A stretch of 64,000 nt of DNA from Cyanophora paradoxa CCMP329 (Eukaryota; Plantae; Glaucophyta). This document shows, in pieces, positions 12,049 to 26,577 of the stretch (position 1 is the stretch's first letter; every line of letters begins with the position of its first letter). The position numbers and the translations under genes were made by a program. The notes under the pieces were generated by a model. It did not search any database. It had not been told where the DNA came from and was given only the letters and a program-made list of their open reading frames with translations. Location: positions 1 to 64,000 of the forward strand of contig QPMI01000133.1 of assembly GCA_004431415.1 (NCBI GenBank). Direction: 5' to 3'.

Positions 12049-15000
12049 CGCAACCCTTTGCAAGTTCAAGCGCCGTAATGGGAACCCCCAACTCGAAGCC
12101 GTCTCCTGCCAAGTGCTACGCGTCCACCGACTGCTCCGGCGGGGCTGTGGAACGAGACGTGTAAGCGCCAGATTCAACCCCCGTGAAGCGCCGGCGCCGG
12201 CGCCGGCCGCGGCGCCAGAATCAGTAATTATTACAAGCTGACGTGAGCCGATGGTCAGGGCGGGGGCTGTGACTTCTGTGTGCCCTGAGAAGAACTTCCT
12301 CTCGGCGATCCCCCGAGGTGGCGGCTCATGCACGCCGGCCAAGCTGCTCTGCTACGCAAGCAGGTACCGTTCTCGCAGTCGCACCCGAACGGCATGCGCA
12401 GTTGACGACCCCGCCCGCAACGCAGCAACTGCAGCGGCGCAGCGACCGTCGGCAAGGATGCATCCGGCGCTCCCGTCACCACATAGTGCGCGCGCATGCG
12501 CAGCGCTGTTGCAATGGAGACGACTTGTACATGTTACCTCACTGGTGAAAACTCATCTTCGCGCGCAGCCAGCCGAGCGGCTTCACTACTGAGCAGGCGT
12601 TCGCTCGCTGTCCGGTGGGTTCCTACGATTCGAGATGCTCATAGCTATAGACTTAATTGAAATAATTAATCGGGTTGCTCCACTCTTTAGGGAGGAACCC
12701 TTAGTTACAAGAACGGCGACAATGGCACCTGCAACGCCGCCCAAAGCTTCGTCAAGTGCTTCAAGAGCTACGACTGCTCCGGCTCCGATTTCAGCTACGT
12801 GTTCGGTTCGGAGTGCGTTAAATTCCATCCGCGCGCGCGCACGTACCATATTATGCGCGGACTTCAATTTGCTGCCGGCTTCTGATCATGACTGGACGTT
12901 TCCTCTCCTGTTCTTGCAGCGCGACTGCTGCCGCCAATTGCCCCTCCAGCACGGCGAGCTGGAACGTGAACGGCTCCGGCACCTGCACCCGCACGGCCCT
13001 CCTCTGCTATGCGGATGCGACCTGCAGCGGAACCCCGACTATGCCCAAGGATGCGAGCGGCAATCCGTACCAGAGATAGTGCGAATCTTCATGCCATGCA
13101 CATGATGAATCTCCCCCGGCCCTCGTTCATATTTCCTCGTTCAGTCAGCCCGAGGGGACCACCAATGCCGAAGCCTGGCAGCGGTGCCCGGACAAGTGCG
13201 TGGATCTCGTCGACGTCGCCAAACGACCTTTTGCTTTTAAATATATACTTACCTTAGTCGCGCTCGGTCCACAGGACTCTTTCCTTCTGGGAGGGTGCGT
13301 AAAGAATTTTTGGGAAAGCGAATATTTGGATTTCTCACCACTTGTATGCCGGCTCCGTTCCAGGAGATCGAAGCTGCAATAATAGCGTGCAGAAGGGGGG
13401 GAACTGCTACGAGGTACGTGCAGCATTATCCAGCTCGCCATCTTTGCAACCTCCGGATCCGCTGATTGTGCAACGCGGCCGCTCCGTTCGCAGACCACAA
13501 ACTGCACGTCCCCGGACCCGGCCAAAGTCACCAGAGCGTTCAACGAGTACGCCTCGAGCTCTGTAGCGCTACTTATACATCTGCTGCTTGATATTCCAGC
13601 GCAGGTCGATGTGCCCGGATTCTGCCAACTCGTTCAAGAAAGACGGCGACCCTTACAACTCCTGCAAGCCCGCCAACCTGCTCTGCTACAGCGGCTCGTG
13701 CGCAGCTCGCCGATTCACTGATCTCAAGGGGCCATAATGTTAATCGCGGGAGATATTCCGACCCACAGGGGCTGTACGGGGACCGTTTCTGTCGGAAAGG
13801 ACGCGGCTGGAAAACCCGTCGACAAGTTCCAACCTGCAGGCGTGACAGCCGCGGAAGCTTGGGCGCGGTGTCCTGTGCGCTCGATTCGCTGCTGGAAGCT
13901 TATGATTACGCGTCCCGCCGATGACTCGTGACACGCACAGGGTGGCACGACAAGTTACAGCGAAGTGGATCCACTGGATTGGAGGGCATCTTGCAACGCG
14001 ATCAAGACTGGAGTCGAATGGTGATTTCTAATTTATCAAGCCGCACATGCAATTGCGAATTTCTCCCTCGCTTCAAATTTGTTGATATCAGCCGGTGCCT
14101 GCGGCAGCTACTCCGACACCACCTGCAAAACAACTCCTATTGCTTACGCCTTTGACAAGAGCTCGTGTCCTGCGAACACAGTCGCCATAAAGGACAAAAG
14201 CGATTATTTTGTTCGCTGCACTACTGCAAAGCTCACGTGGTGAGTCGTTCAAATCCTGTTCGTTCGAATCCGACTCTCTAAAGACCGGCGCCGGCCGGCA
14301 GCTACAAGTCAAATTGGTGCGAAGATGCAGGCACACCGACAGCCTTCGACACGTAGTGAGCGCCAGAACGATCTAAACCTAGCCTTGTGCCTAGCCTGAC
14401 AGACGCCGCAGTCAGCCGGCAGGAGTCACCGACGAGGAGGCGTACAACCGTTGCCCTGGCGGCACTCAGGGAATCAAACCAGCCGGCGTCCCAGCTATAG
14501 GGCATTCCGATTGCGTGTGGTACGGAATCCACAAGGGCATCACTTGCTACGTGCGTAGATTTCTCTCATGCAGATTATCCCTCGAGCTCTGAGCTGCAAA
14601 CGCTCGTATACGTAATTGCAGACGGACACGAAGTGCACCACCGGAATGTCCTACGCGTATTCACCGTGCGTTCGGCTCTTGGTTTCCTCCGTTCCGCGAC
14701 CCAAACAAAGAAAGCCTTTCTAGACCTGATGACGAATCCCAGCGCCAAGTGCCCGCCTGCAACGACGAAGTCAGTGCACGATGGACGGTGCAACGAGACC
14801 TCAATCAGCTGCTATGGCTCGCTGGATTGCGCAGGCGCTCCAATTGCGGTCGTGCCGACTGCCGACCAGTGCCCTGAAGGTTCAATTCGGATCTTCTGAT
14901 CATCCTCCCCAACCTTCCCGTTTCTATAATGTCTAGATCTATAATGAATTATATCTAGATCTAGAGAATGCCCGTTTCTTCGAGAATAATATCAAGAACT

Positions 15001-17947
15001 GTTGCGACGCGCATGCGCAGGGACCACGGCATCCACCAAGGACGCGGCCGGGATGTGCTCCAATCGCGCCACCTGTTTTGATGGCGAGAATTGGTAATTA
15101 AGACGGACCTTGCCGGAGGTTTTCCAAGTTCAGAAATATTTAATTTCGCTCACAAGGACTTTCTCTGCGCGCGCAGTACTGGATCAGTCGCATACGGCAA
15201 AACCGCAGATGGTTCTGTGTGCGTACTCTGCACTCGTGATCATGCTCGTCATATCAGATGCGGTCTCAAATCATTTTCAACGAGCAGGAGAAGCTGCGCG
15301 CATGTGCCCGGAGTAATCTCGGCGTTGGGCGCTGCTGCCGGGTCCACCTGCACGACCATCGCTCCGAAGTGCTTCACGACGGCCGACTGCTCTGGCGCCA
15401 GCCAATTCGGGAAGGAAACGTGCGTGACGTTCTGCTTTCTGCGGGATGCTTTCTGCTTTCTGATAAAGTTGGCGTGCAGCCCAGGAGCGAAAACGTGGGA
15501 TAAGAACACGGTTACTTGCCCACAAGGCTCGTCGAGTTTTATTGCCGGGGCGTCGACCACATGCTCTAGTCTGGTGAGCTCGAGCACGGGATCTCGATTC
15601 TTAAATTCCAACCTTCTATGGCGCCTTGACTGATCGTGATCGGTCATCGCGGCGCTCCCGCTTCGGGACGTACGCGTACTACGGTAGGCCACTTGCCATA
15701 TGACGAAGGTGCGAATGTGTTGCAAAAAAAGCCTTTTCCAGCCGCGAGTTTCGGTTTGCACTTATCGTAGCGAATTCGAATTCGAAATCGCGCAGGACTG
15801 TTCGGATGCTGGAACCACAATCCATTCAAGTTCTGCAAAGGACTGCCCGAGGTAGATGTCATCTCAAATTTTGATATCGCTCTAACCTGACATCGATATC
15901 GGCACATGCCATGATGTACAGCTCCTTCTTCTCCGGAAAAGACGGCGGCGCCGGCGCCGGCTGCGCGAGGCTTGGAACGTGAGTAATATCGTTTGCTGTT
16001 GTAGCAAAAGTTGTTGGCGGCTCACTGTCGCTCGCGCTTGGCCTGCCTGTACAGCGCGTGCTTCATGTCCGGTGGGCGCTTCTTCGCACCGAATGAATAT
16101 TAATGCATATGGCGCGGCCATTTGCCCACATTTGTGCGCAGATGACTGCACGGGGAATGCCTTTACCGTGGGGAGAGGAAGGTACTTCGACTTCAACACT
16201 TGCGGGAAGGACGCAAACGGAACCGCTTGCAAGAGCTACATCGACGACTCGGGATACATGACTTGCAAAAAGCCCCTTGTGAGTACATCAGTGATTCCCC
16301 TGGGTTCTTCATTCTTAGCTGACGACAAGATCCTACATCTGTAGATCTGCTACAAGTCTTCGTGAGCCTGCAAATGCGCTCTACAATCGGCATGTACAGG
16401 GCGTGATTCAGGTTTTTTTTCACGCAGTGACTGCACTGGAGACTCTATATTCGCTCCGAATGAACGCATGTGAGCGCTCAGCGGCTCCTTGCGTTCCTCA
16501 TCCTCGGCTTGCGACTAATTATAAAGCCCGTGTTCCCGGCGGCAAGTGACGATTGCGGGCTGGAGGTTGACAACAAGTTCTTGTATTACAACAACGCCGG
16601 CACATGCGTCAACCGAGTGCCCGTGCGTTCGAATTCGTCTGTCTCATGTAAAGTTCTGCGCGCGACCGTCGGGCAATCAACTGAGTCTTGAGCCGCTCGT
16701 GGAACCAGATTTGCTACTCGAGGTGAGTGCATTCGCGAGCGCGCGCCTTCGGTGCCTTGTTTTCATGCTTCCTGCAGCACGGACTGCGCCCCGGGCACCG
16801 ACGTCGGCGCTGGCATCTACGATTTGCTCGGCGGCTCCAAGCTTTACAACTAGTGCGCCTTTGGAGTCGATGCCGTGCATGAAGATTGCGCGCGTGAACT
16901 GGTCGCGCAGCGTTGGCGGCGCTATTGGAACTCCCATGTGTCCGTGCAGTTTATCTCGCGCCCAAACAGCTGTCATTCGCAGCGTCGCTCGCAGAGGCAT
17001 GCGCATGTGCACGCCTGACGCCCACCTCCGCAGGCAAGGATTCGACTGCGAGGGCGTACAAGGACCCCCATACCGGTGGGAATATCGATTGGTTGGCCTG
17101 ATAAAGTTACCGACGTTCCGACAACATCCCACGCAGGAAAGTGCCAGAAGCTCGCAGAGTGCTGCATAGATCCGTGCGTGCAGACACAGCGAGTCTGACG
17201 GGATTCGGGGGATTGTTGACAATGCGCTCCACAGAGGCTGCAACACCGTTGTTGCCTACGCTCAGAACAACGACCCGTGCGCGTGAATTCAATTCGCGAC
17301 TCAGAGCTCGCCCGATGGCTGATCGAAGAGCGCGTCTCCTAGGCTGACGTGCCCGCCCGTCGCGACCTTGAACAAGATGATTAACGGCGTGTACGTTTCG
17401 ACGGCGAAGATCGTCGCCGCGAAGGCCGACGGCAGAGTTACGACGCTCACTCCGGTTGGTGGGTCTTCAACCTGCGATTTCAAGTCGACGGTGATGGAGT
17501 ACGGCGTCGACGAATGTGCGGATATCAATCTCGCTGTCTTGCTGCAGCTGCGAACGCAGGCAGCCCGCTAGCGCTCAGCGGTTGACCGGCGCTCGTCGGC
17601 AGATTTCGAGCGGTACAACTCCGGCAGATCCGGCCAATACGCCCGCGTCTACGACAAGAGCACGGCCAAGTTCAAGTGCTGCAAGATCGGAATCAGCGGG
17701 AGCATCGACACGAACGCCTGCTCGGCCCCGTACGCCCGGCTCGACGACTCCGTCCACGTCGCCGCCGTCGAGGAATTCGAAGACTTGGACGTGCGCTCTA
17801 TTTATAGCTAGATCTTCCATCCCTGCCAGTTCCGGGCCGGGGTTCAAATCCGGTCCCGGTCCGTCTGAATCGAAGCCGGCGCAGGCGTTGGATGTTGAAA
17901 GCGAGGATCCGGACGTCGACCTCGACGAGGCGGACCTCGAACTCGCG
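12049..17947 (+). CDS. Large multi-exon cysteine-rich repeat protein, probably extracellular (ends approximate)
   Basis: Many short exons between GT..AG introns give recurring modules: PAKCYASTDCSGG, CTRTALLCYADATCSGTP, CKPANLLCYSG, SISCYGSLDCAGAP..DQCPEG, APKCFTTADCSGA. The last recognisable exon is acidic (ALDVESEDPDVDLDEADLELA). Start and stop were not resolved. Confidence 0.7.
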
Positions 17948-18999
17948 GTGCGAAATTGCACCGATTTCAACAGTGGCGTCTCCCATATATACCGAAAACT
18001 GATCATGGACGGTGAACGCAGTCCGCTGCGGAGCTCGAGGCGGCGATCGGGGGGGAGGATGCGTGAAAGACCCCCGGCCCTAGGCCTGCGCACTGATCAT
18101 GGTCGATATAATCAATACCGAACGTTCACCGGCCGGGCATGCCCTGGCCATGGGCGCCTTCTTTGAGAGCTCGATCGCGAGCTTCATCTCAAAGAAGACA
18201 TCGAGAATTGATGTATACGTAGACAGGTTAACGTTCCGTTGTCTAAAAAACTTCAATCTTGATATCAATTCTAGTTTCATCTGGAAGGAGAGGACAAGGG
18301 GAATGCACTATCCAGGCCTAGCCTAGGCATAATCCTGGAGGCCTGTGGAGCCCTATAGCTAGGCCTTGCTCGAGGAGGGGCCGTGGAGAAGAACCGAGAA
18401 GACTTAGAGCTTAGAGAAATCTAGGATGACCAGAGAGGGGACTAGAATGACCAGGGATTTCTAGCGTTATAATAGCACCCTGCACACAGCGTTATAATAG
18501 CACCCCTGCACACCACCGGAAATTATATAATCAACATGAATTTCCTCGATTCTAATCCATGACGTATTTTCGAAACTCAGCGATCCATGAAGTATTTTTG
18601 AATCTCAGCGAGCCTTAGCATCGAGTCATTTAGATTCCTTGCTTCAGATTTCATCGGAGAGGCCGGATCGCGGAGCCCCGGGCCCGGCCTTCCCGATTCT
18701 GATCGTGGGCCCGTCGCCGTCGACGTCTTCATGGCTTGCAATTGCGGCAACGGGCAAGCTTAAGGCCCTGAGGGCGATCGAGGCTACAGCCTATAGCCGG
18801 CCGCTCTCGAAGGCCGAGGCGGACCGGAGGCGATTAATATTGTTGCCAGCGCTGCTGGCCCTCGACCGCCTCGACTTTCTTTTTATCAATGAATTCGCAC
18901 ACACCAAGTCAATATGGCTAGGAATAGAACTGAGGGGTCCGTAAAGTGTCAAGTCGAAAGATGAGCCTACTAGTTACGCCGGGTGGAACCTATCAGCCA

Positions 19000-19237
19000 T
19001 CGGACAGGGTGGACCGCCTCGACGTGGGGCTCGATGAGCCCCTCCGCCCCTCCAGCCCGCCGCCTCCGCCCGCCCCGAGCTTAACTTTACGTTATTTTGT
19101 GTCGATAAAGAAATACGAATCGCCCCGGCCTCGGCCCGTGACCGGAAGCATTATCTAATTCGAATAGGATACTGAGCAGGCGCTGGGCGAGGCCTAGGGG
19201 TTGAGGGGGCGGAGGGGGGCGTAGGTGTGTGTGTGGT

Positions 19238-19268
<31 letters not shown>

Positions 19269-20390
19269 GGGAGGCGGGCGGAGGGAGGAAGGGGGGAGGC
19301 GGAGGGGGCGAGGGGGGGGGGGGGGGAGGCGGGCGGAGGGAGGAAGGGGGGAGGCGGAGGGGGCGAGGGGGGGGGGGGGGGTTGTTCGGGGGGGCTGAGG
19401 GCCGGCACCTCGCGGAGATGCGGTCGTTGTCCGCCGTGAAGCAAACGGAGCGGAGGAGGGGGGCGGCCCCCGCGATCGCCGCCCCCGTCGCCGGCGTGGC
19501 CCCGGGGCCCGTCTGGGGAAAGAGATGACGTCCTTCGATTTTTCAGTGCGTAAGAGCAGTGCGTATATATACGTATTAGTGAACCCGAGCATACTTTGCA
19601 TAAACAAGCTTAGATCTGAAGCTTGAATGCGAGCAGATAATTATAAATGCGCGGGCTAGCTAAAGCGATTTGCGGATCGGACCTCGAAGAAGAGGTTCAT
19701 TCGAGGTGGGTAAGAGCGAACTCGTAAAATCGAAATGAAGGTACGAGGTTACTCCTAGTCATAACTCCTAGATCTAGCTAAGTCTTCTACATAAACGTTG
19801 AATGAAATTAAGAGCAACTGCAAGTTAATAAATCAAATGCGACTCACCTCGAATAAGAGCCTCGGAGGTCGAGAAGGCGGCGCGCAGCCCGGCGGGGGGC
19901 GGCCAGGGGGACGACTCCTCGCAGGAGCCCAGGAGGGTCCTGGGAGAAGGTATTAGTATAGAAGATATTAGTATAGAAGATGATGAGCGATTAATATTAA
20001 ATCTTAACGAATTCGAACGCGTCCACTTAATCCGAGCTGAAGAGGAGTCCCGTGGGCCCAGGAGGGGGCCCAGGGGCCCAGGGGGAGGCCTAGCAATAGG
20101 GCCCCGGGCCCAGGAAGGGCCAAGGGGCCTACTGGGTGTAGGTCTCCTAGGCCTCCCTGGCGCCTAGGCCCCCTGCCGGGCCCCTTGGCCCTCCCTGGCC
20201 CCTAGGAGGAGGAGGAGACCTAGGCCCAGCTGCAGGAGGCACCAAGGATCCGGAGAACGAGGAGGAGGAGAGAAGGGGGGGGGGGGGGGGGGGGAAGAGG
20301 TGGGGGAGGGGGCCGCGGCCATGGCGAAGGAGGGGGGAGGAAGGAGGAGGAGGCCCAAGGGACGCGGGCCGGGGAGGGCCCAGGAGGACA
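19000..20390 (-). CDS. Possible small multi-exon hypothetical gene
   Basis: Exon-like segments with host splice signals (e.g. ~19409-19512, TGPGATPATGAAIAGAAPLLRSVCFTADNDRISAR; ~19848-19939). No recognisable domain. Confidence 0.25.
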
Positions 20391-20725
20391 TGGGGTAAGC
20401 TATTTAGAGGGGGACCGGCCGCGGGAGGGGGCCCGCGGACCGAGGCTCCGAAGGCCCCCGCGGAACGGAACGGGGCCGGCGACTTGGGTGGATCGGCGCC
20501 GGCGGCATCATCTGCGCCACGCCGCTGACGGTTGACTCAGTGAGCCAGCGATCGCCATGCCAGATCCTGCGGGCCATATCCTGTACATGTGGGGGCGGGC
20601 CTGCAACTCGTTCTGCAACGGGGGGCGTGCACGTGCGCCTAGAAGAGGGGGCGCCGGCATTCCCCGCGCCGCCGGCGCCCTCCGCGAGATCGATATCGAT
20701 ATCGTCGTTCCCATCAAGGACGTAG

Positions 20726-20863
<138 letters not shown>

Positions 20864-21356
20864 CTCCCGGTTCCTAAAGCCTAAGGTGGCTTGGGTGTAC
20901 GTAGCGGTAGAGTTAAGACCAAGTGTGTTCTTGTGGCTTGAGCGGTAGAGCGTGGCTTAAGCGGTAGAGTGTGGCATGGCTTGCATTGGGTGTCCTCTAT
21001 CTAAGGACGCCTTAGCCGCCTCAGGCTATCTCTCCGGACGTAGATTAGCTCTCGCTACGTAGATTAGCTCTCGCGATTAGATCGGTTCCACTGAGAGTCC
21101 ACGTACACGTACAGTTGCAGATCACACAGATCTCCCGTACAGAACGCGGAGCACAGAGCTGGACATCTGCAAATTGTTCTCTGGCACTAGAATTCGAAGG
21201 TTTTGATTAGCATAAGCAGACGAATTGATCAGCGTGCGCTAAGTTAAGCGACTTATGTTCAATCGCGATGCACACATGCACGTTTACAGCCGCAGTAGTA
21301 CTTTATTTCTGACGCAATACCAATCTACATCTGCGTGTCAATCATTGGCTGTGAAG

Positions 21357-24300
21357 TTATATCTGAAACCACGAAAGCGAAATAAAAAGCAAAAGGATCC
21401 TGCGCTCTAAAATCTCTAGGTTGATTTTAAACGATTTTCGTCGGACGATCAATTGATCATCGTTTAGAGCGCCGCTCCATACGCAGCGAAAGCAGCCGCC
21501 GCGAAAGTGGAGAGCAAGCGGAAAACACCCTGCAGAGAACACGCAGAGATTGGCTGAAACCAGAGAATATTAATATGGATTCAAGTTTTGACGGACCTGA
21601 GAGGATTTCGCAAGTACAGCGCGAGCTCCGCTCGGCCAGAATGGAATGGTACTAGTACTGGCGGCCACCGGAGTCCACCGGAATGCCTGCAAATAGAGAA
21701 CACGTTGAGAATTCGAACAAGCGACATCGCGAAAATTGATGCGCGAATTATATTAGCGTCAACGAACCGCGCCAAGAACGATCGGAATGAACGGATCGCC
21801 CCCAGGAGCCGGCTCAATGCGGAGGTCGTACTGTGCACGTGCGGTTTAATTCGGATGAGCGCGGGCTAACGTTCAACGGAGCAGGGGCTTGATTTTAATA
21901 ATAAGCTTGCAAGTACGTATGCTACGGTATGCTCACCTTCTGCCCGACTTCAAAAGCCAGGAGCGCGCGGCGGCGATTCAAAGACGGCGGCACTGCGCAT
22001 GCGCAGTGCCTCGCAGTCAGCTGGAGCAAGTGCAAGTGCGGATGCGCTAGCGCTGCGAGGTGCGCAGTCGCCTGCGCACGGAATCGGAGGACGGTTTCCT
22101 GGACGCCGTTGATTGTCTTCTGGATCACCTCCGCGTTGACGGACTCCCTCTGATCGCCGGCGCTGCTCTCAATTATCACCTTCACCTTCTGCCCGACCTG
22201 TTCACGCGTTCGTGGATTTGTAAGTACACGAGTTCAGCACGGGCCGGTTTGAATCAGAATAAAATATATATATATATATATATAATTGTGATGTTGACTC
22301 ACCTTCAGGACTTCCGTCTGCAGCACACGTGCATGTGCGCATGCACACGATCATAAGCTTACTAAGTTACAAAGAAATTTCGCAGAATCGCAAAACATGT
22401 TTGCGAACCACGATGATCTCTACAAAGGTCGTTGATGCCTGGATATGATTAGTATCGCAATTTAAATTTCGATCAATGCTTGTTTGCAGGACGCGACAAG
22501 ATTGATATCTAGAGGCGCACCACGACACTTGCACTGACAAGCGTGGAAGGGAGTTCGAGCCTGTAAATGTCTTTTCCTTTCTTATCCTTTCCCTTTGTAA
22601 AGTTGCTTGCAGTGATCTGAATTGCAACTGAAGTATCAATGCATGTGATATCGATTTGCGAAAAATGGGCTAGCTACGAATGGTGTCGATAAGGTTCACC
22701 TTGTAGTTCCCGACGGTCGCCAGAGCATTCGAGTTCTGCTCGATGAACTCCTGCACAGTGCGCACGTTTTAGCGCAAATCAAATCAAAGTCGACCGCGAG
22801 CTCGAGGGGCGCGCACCAGCGGCGGGACGGGCGTCGCTGTCGGCGAGGGAGAGGGCGCGGGGGGCATCGCCGACGTCGGGGCCGAAGGCGAGGGCGAGGG
22901 CGACGGCGACGGGGTCAGGGTCGGGAGGCTGGCGATTGGGGGGCCCGGCGTGGGCCCAGGGAGCTCCGAGGGCGACGGGGAGGGCGAGGGCGAGGGCGAA
23001 GGGGTGGGAGACTGCGCGCGCGGGGCGATCACTGAGTCAGCAAGCCGGCCGCGGATATAGCCGGATATCGATGCAGCCAGCGCCGGATTCGAACCGGCGA
23101 GCTCGAGGGGCTGGGGGAGGGCGACGGGCTCGGTGACGGCGTGGGGAATGTGACGGTCGTGTTCAGCCGGTGCGAGTAGAGGTAGTCGCCGGACCAGGAC
23201 GCGAAGAAGATCGGGTAGTCCCGCGTCCCAACACTAGTTAGTCCAGCATGCGGGAATTCAAGCACTGACTGCAGGAGATTTCTAGTTCTAGATCTGCGAT
23301 CCGGCACAATCTCCGGTCTGCGCGTGCCCAAAAGTTTTAGTGTTGGAGTCGGCATTGTCGATGTCGACATATATACAATCATCTATAGCCATAATTACAA
23401 TACACAAAATTCACCCTTCCACGAAATCGATTCGCTCCTCCCGGATCTCGGCGCCACCGGAGTCGAAGGAGGCGATGAACGCGTCGGCTTCAGCCCCACC
23501 TTCGATTTGCGCAAGAAGACGCCAGATTCCGTGCCTGATCGAGATATCGATAGCATTTATTGATGCTCAGCGATAGATTTAATTTGTACATGTACATGCA
23601 TATGCATGCGCACGTCGTCTTGATGATATCGAGTCCGTTGAAGTAAGGAATGTTGACGCCAACCGCAAATGTTGTGAAGTTCGACAAGCCCTGAAGAGCC
23701 CCCGAGGAGTCCATTGTTATCTGGCGATATCGATGCCAGCAGAGAATAAATTAAGCGTGAAATTTAATTCAAAGCTGGGACGCATGCGCATGCATACGAT
23801 AAAGAATTGCAATTGCACCAACCTTGACGATTCGAGAAGGGAGCTCCGCGAGATTTTCCGATAGGTGACGGCGCCGAGCGCCGGCGCGCATGTTCCCGCT
23901 GATACCGGCGTACGCCGTGATGGAGTTTCCGCTGACGTCGATGGCCAACGAGGCTCGCCCCGCTCGGAAACTGCCGCTGTTCGAGGGGTACGAGAGCTCG
24001 GCGACGTCCACGAGTGCTCCTCCTGCATATTCATTTAATTATATAATCAGAATTGACGGAGCTCGACCGGATTTATATAATATGGACGTTCGAATTCCGC
24101 TAGATCTAGAGCTTCTGTTTTAGAAGCTAGCTATAGCGCTGCAACTAACCTGCGGAGGGCATGCGGAGGAGGACGGCCCCGCTGGTGCCTGCGTTCAGCT
24201 GGTGGAGCGCGCGTCGCCGAGTATCAACACAGCAGGGGTCGCGCTGGGCAAGAACAAAGAGCTTCCCGTCGTGGTGTGCGATGGCCCTCGGGCTGTAACG

Positions 24301-25645
24301 GTACTCCAACGCCCGAAGACCGCGCCGACCGGCACCTGCCGAGCACCCGCAGTCGGGGCTCTTCCAGAGCGTCGTGACTGTGCTGGGTGAGGCGGCGAGG
24401 TCGAGGTAGCCGATCGCGTCATTCTGGGGAAAGCCGGACTCGTAGTTCGCCCAGAACAGCCCCGTGCTGGAGTTTGATGTCATGCCTACCACCCCCCTGC
24501 TCGAATGAGTTTGCAATTGATTGAAGATTAATATCGCAGGATGCAAAAGATCTAGAATCGCGATATTAATCGCTCGAGCTCACGCGAAAAAGATAGTCGA
24601 GGCCTCAGTGGTGGCGCCAACTTCCTTGGCATAGATGGGGCTGCCTGTGGCTGAGAGGTGGCGCGATCTCCGCCCACCGAGAGCGTCGAGCATTCCTCCG
24701 ACAAGCTCCGTCGCACACGACGCGTTCACCCGATAGATCCCGCTGTAAGATCCCGCATAAAGGCTTCCGTCGTACGTGTTAAAGTGGATGCCTGCCGATC
24801 GCGATTGCGATGTAGCGTCAACGAACGACATATATAGCTAATCTACAGCTAATTATAATTGTTAAAATTATTATAATTCATGATTCGTTTTGAAAATTAG
24901 ATGATAGTCCACGTCGACACGTCGACAGTCGGACGCTATTTCTTCTAACATATACATGCACTGTCCAGAACGTGTCCAGACAGTTCGAATTCTAGTGTAC
25001 GTAATAGCGTGGCACAGCAATTGCAAATTTTGCTTACTTAACAGCTCTTTACCGAAGCTCGCCCCTGTTCCGGTGCCGGTACCTGTGCAATATTTTAATT
25101 GCAACGATCGCGATGAATGTCGCTATCGTGACTAAAATCATCGTACTGTACATGTAATATATTAATATTTATAATTATAGGCATGCGTGTACGTATGTAT
25201 CCGTATACGTACACGTATAGGTATACGTATACGTGCGCGTACTACGGTACGCTGCGGCGCGCACCACCACTCTGAGTGGTTTTGGTCCCGACACAAAAAC
25301 TGTACTGCCCCTGCCCGAGGTCGTTCCAGCCTGGTCCGGACGGGAGCGTCGGGATGCCTGGCAGAAGGCGGTCCGCGGCCGACTGCGTCGACGCTAGCGC
25401 TGTTTGCGCGCACCGACGTCGACGATCGTGAGAATGGAATCATCATATGCATGATGATTTGGCTCATTTCAAGAAGCGCACGAACCAATTCCCGCGGAAC
25501 TCATAACAAGTAGCAGCGTGCACGTGGTGGTGACTGCAGAAACGAGAAATGGAGCGCTCCGCCATGGCCATCGGCGGCCACGTGCACGAGCCAAATCCCG
25601 CCGGCGCTGTCCATCTCGCGCACAGCTCCGAGGGCTCATGGTCAT
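21357..25645 (-). CDS. Multi-exon cell-surface protein: hydrophobic N-terminal signal, beta-rich domain, (Ser-Pro)n stalk, hydrophobic C-terminus (GPI/TM-like)
   Basis: Spliced exons include FLVSAVTTTCTLLLVMSSAGIG, AGIHFNTYDGSLYAGSYSGIYRVN, GLFWANYESG, SPRAIAHHDGKLFVLAQ, PTPSPSPSPSPSPSS, GVFRLLSTFAAAAFAA and ILLLFISLSWFQI*. Confidence 0.7.
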
Positions 25646-26423
25646 GATGGTCTCGCAGTTAGCAGCAGCAGCTGCTGCTGTGCGTGTGCATGTACGTATG
25701 CGTGTGAGCTGCATGTCCAAGGGCCAGGGCCGTACCAACGCCTACTATTACCGGTAGGCCTCCAAGCCTCCGCCTACTATTACCAGCCTGGCAAGCTGCA
25801 AGCCGCTGAGCTGCCGCCGGCCGCACTGCGCGGCAGCCTGCCAGCTGCCAGGCTGCAGGCTGGGCAGCCTGGGCTGCCTGCTAGACAGTGCCAGTGCGCT
25901 GCGCGCGCCGCGCGCCGCGGCGGTCCACATCATGACCATTGACCAATGACCATATGATGGAGTGCCCAGTGCCCAGTAGGCTGGCAGTAGCCTGGCAGTA
26001 GGGCTGGGTTCAGTGGAGCCCGCGGGTCCACTCAGTCAGCTGCAGTGGACTTTTTGCGCCAAACTCACTCAATAACTACCAGTGACTCAGTGAGTGGGGG
26101 GTACGTGCACTGGGCATTGCCCACTGCCAGCTGCAGTGCCCACTACCCAGGTAGTACTGCCCAGCACTGCGGCTGCAGTGCGGCAGTGCCGCTGCACTGC
26201 CGCGCTGATATCAACAACGTTAACTGCCGTGCGGCAGTGCCGCTGCAACGTTAACTTAGTAACAGTTTGATATCGATTTGCCGCGCTGGCCCGCGCAGCG
26301 GCTGTGCATATATCCTATAAATATGTAGTTTGCATATGTGTCTAAATATGCAGATTCGAAAGGACAGCGCGGACTCGCGGAATTTCCGAAACATCAATCG
26401 AATTCTTTGTTAATTTAGGTGAA

Positions 26424-26577
26424 TTTTGTTTTTGAGGACTACAGTGGGGCGAACGGTCGCGACTCGCGAACCCCCCGTAGCCTGGGGGCCGTAGGTGGTG
26501 ATAATAAGGACAGCAAAGCAATCACAAATCAAAGATACAGTAAACTCTCACGAAATACATATAATCAAGAGGGATCA
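26424..26577 (-). mobile_element. Dispersed retroposon-like 3' end (hairpin plus A-tail), copy 1
   Basis: Aligns with 49605-49749 and with the short copy at 39201-39230. The minus strand ends GTTCGCCC..GTAGTC.TC followed by an A-run. Confidence 0.6.

Noticed and set aside
20880-20975. tRNA gene
   Set aside because: A-box-like segments only. No B-box/T-arm or cloverleaf was found.
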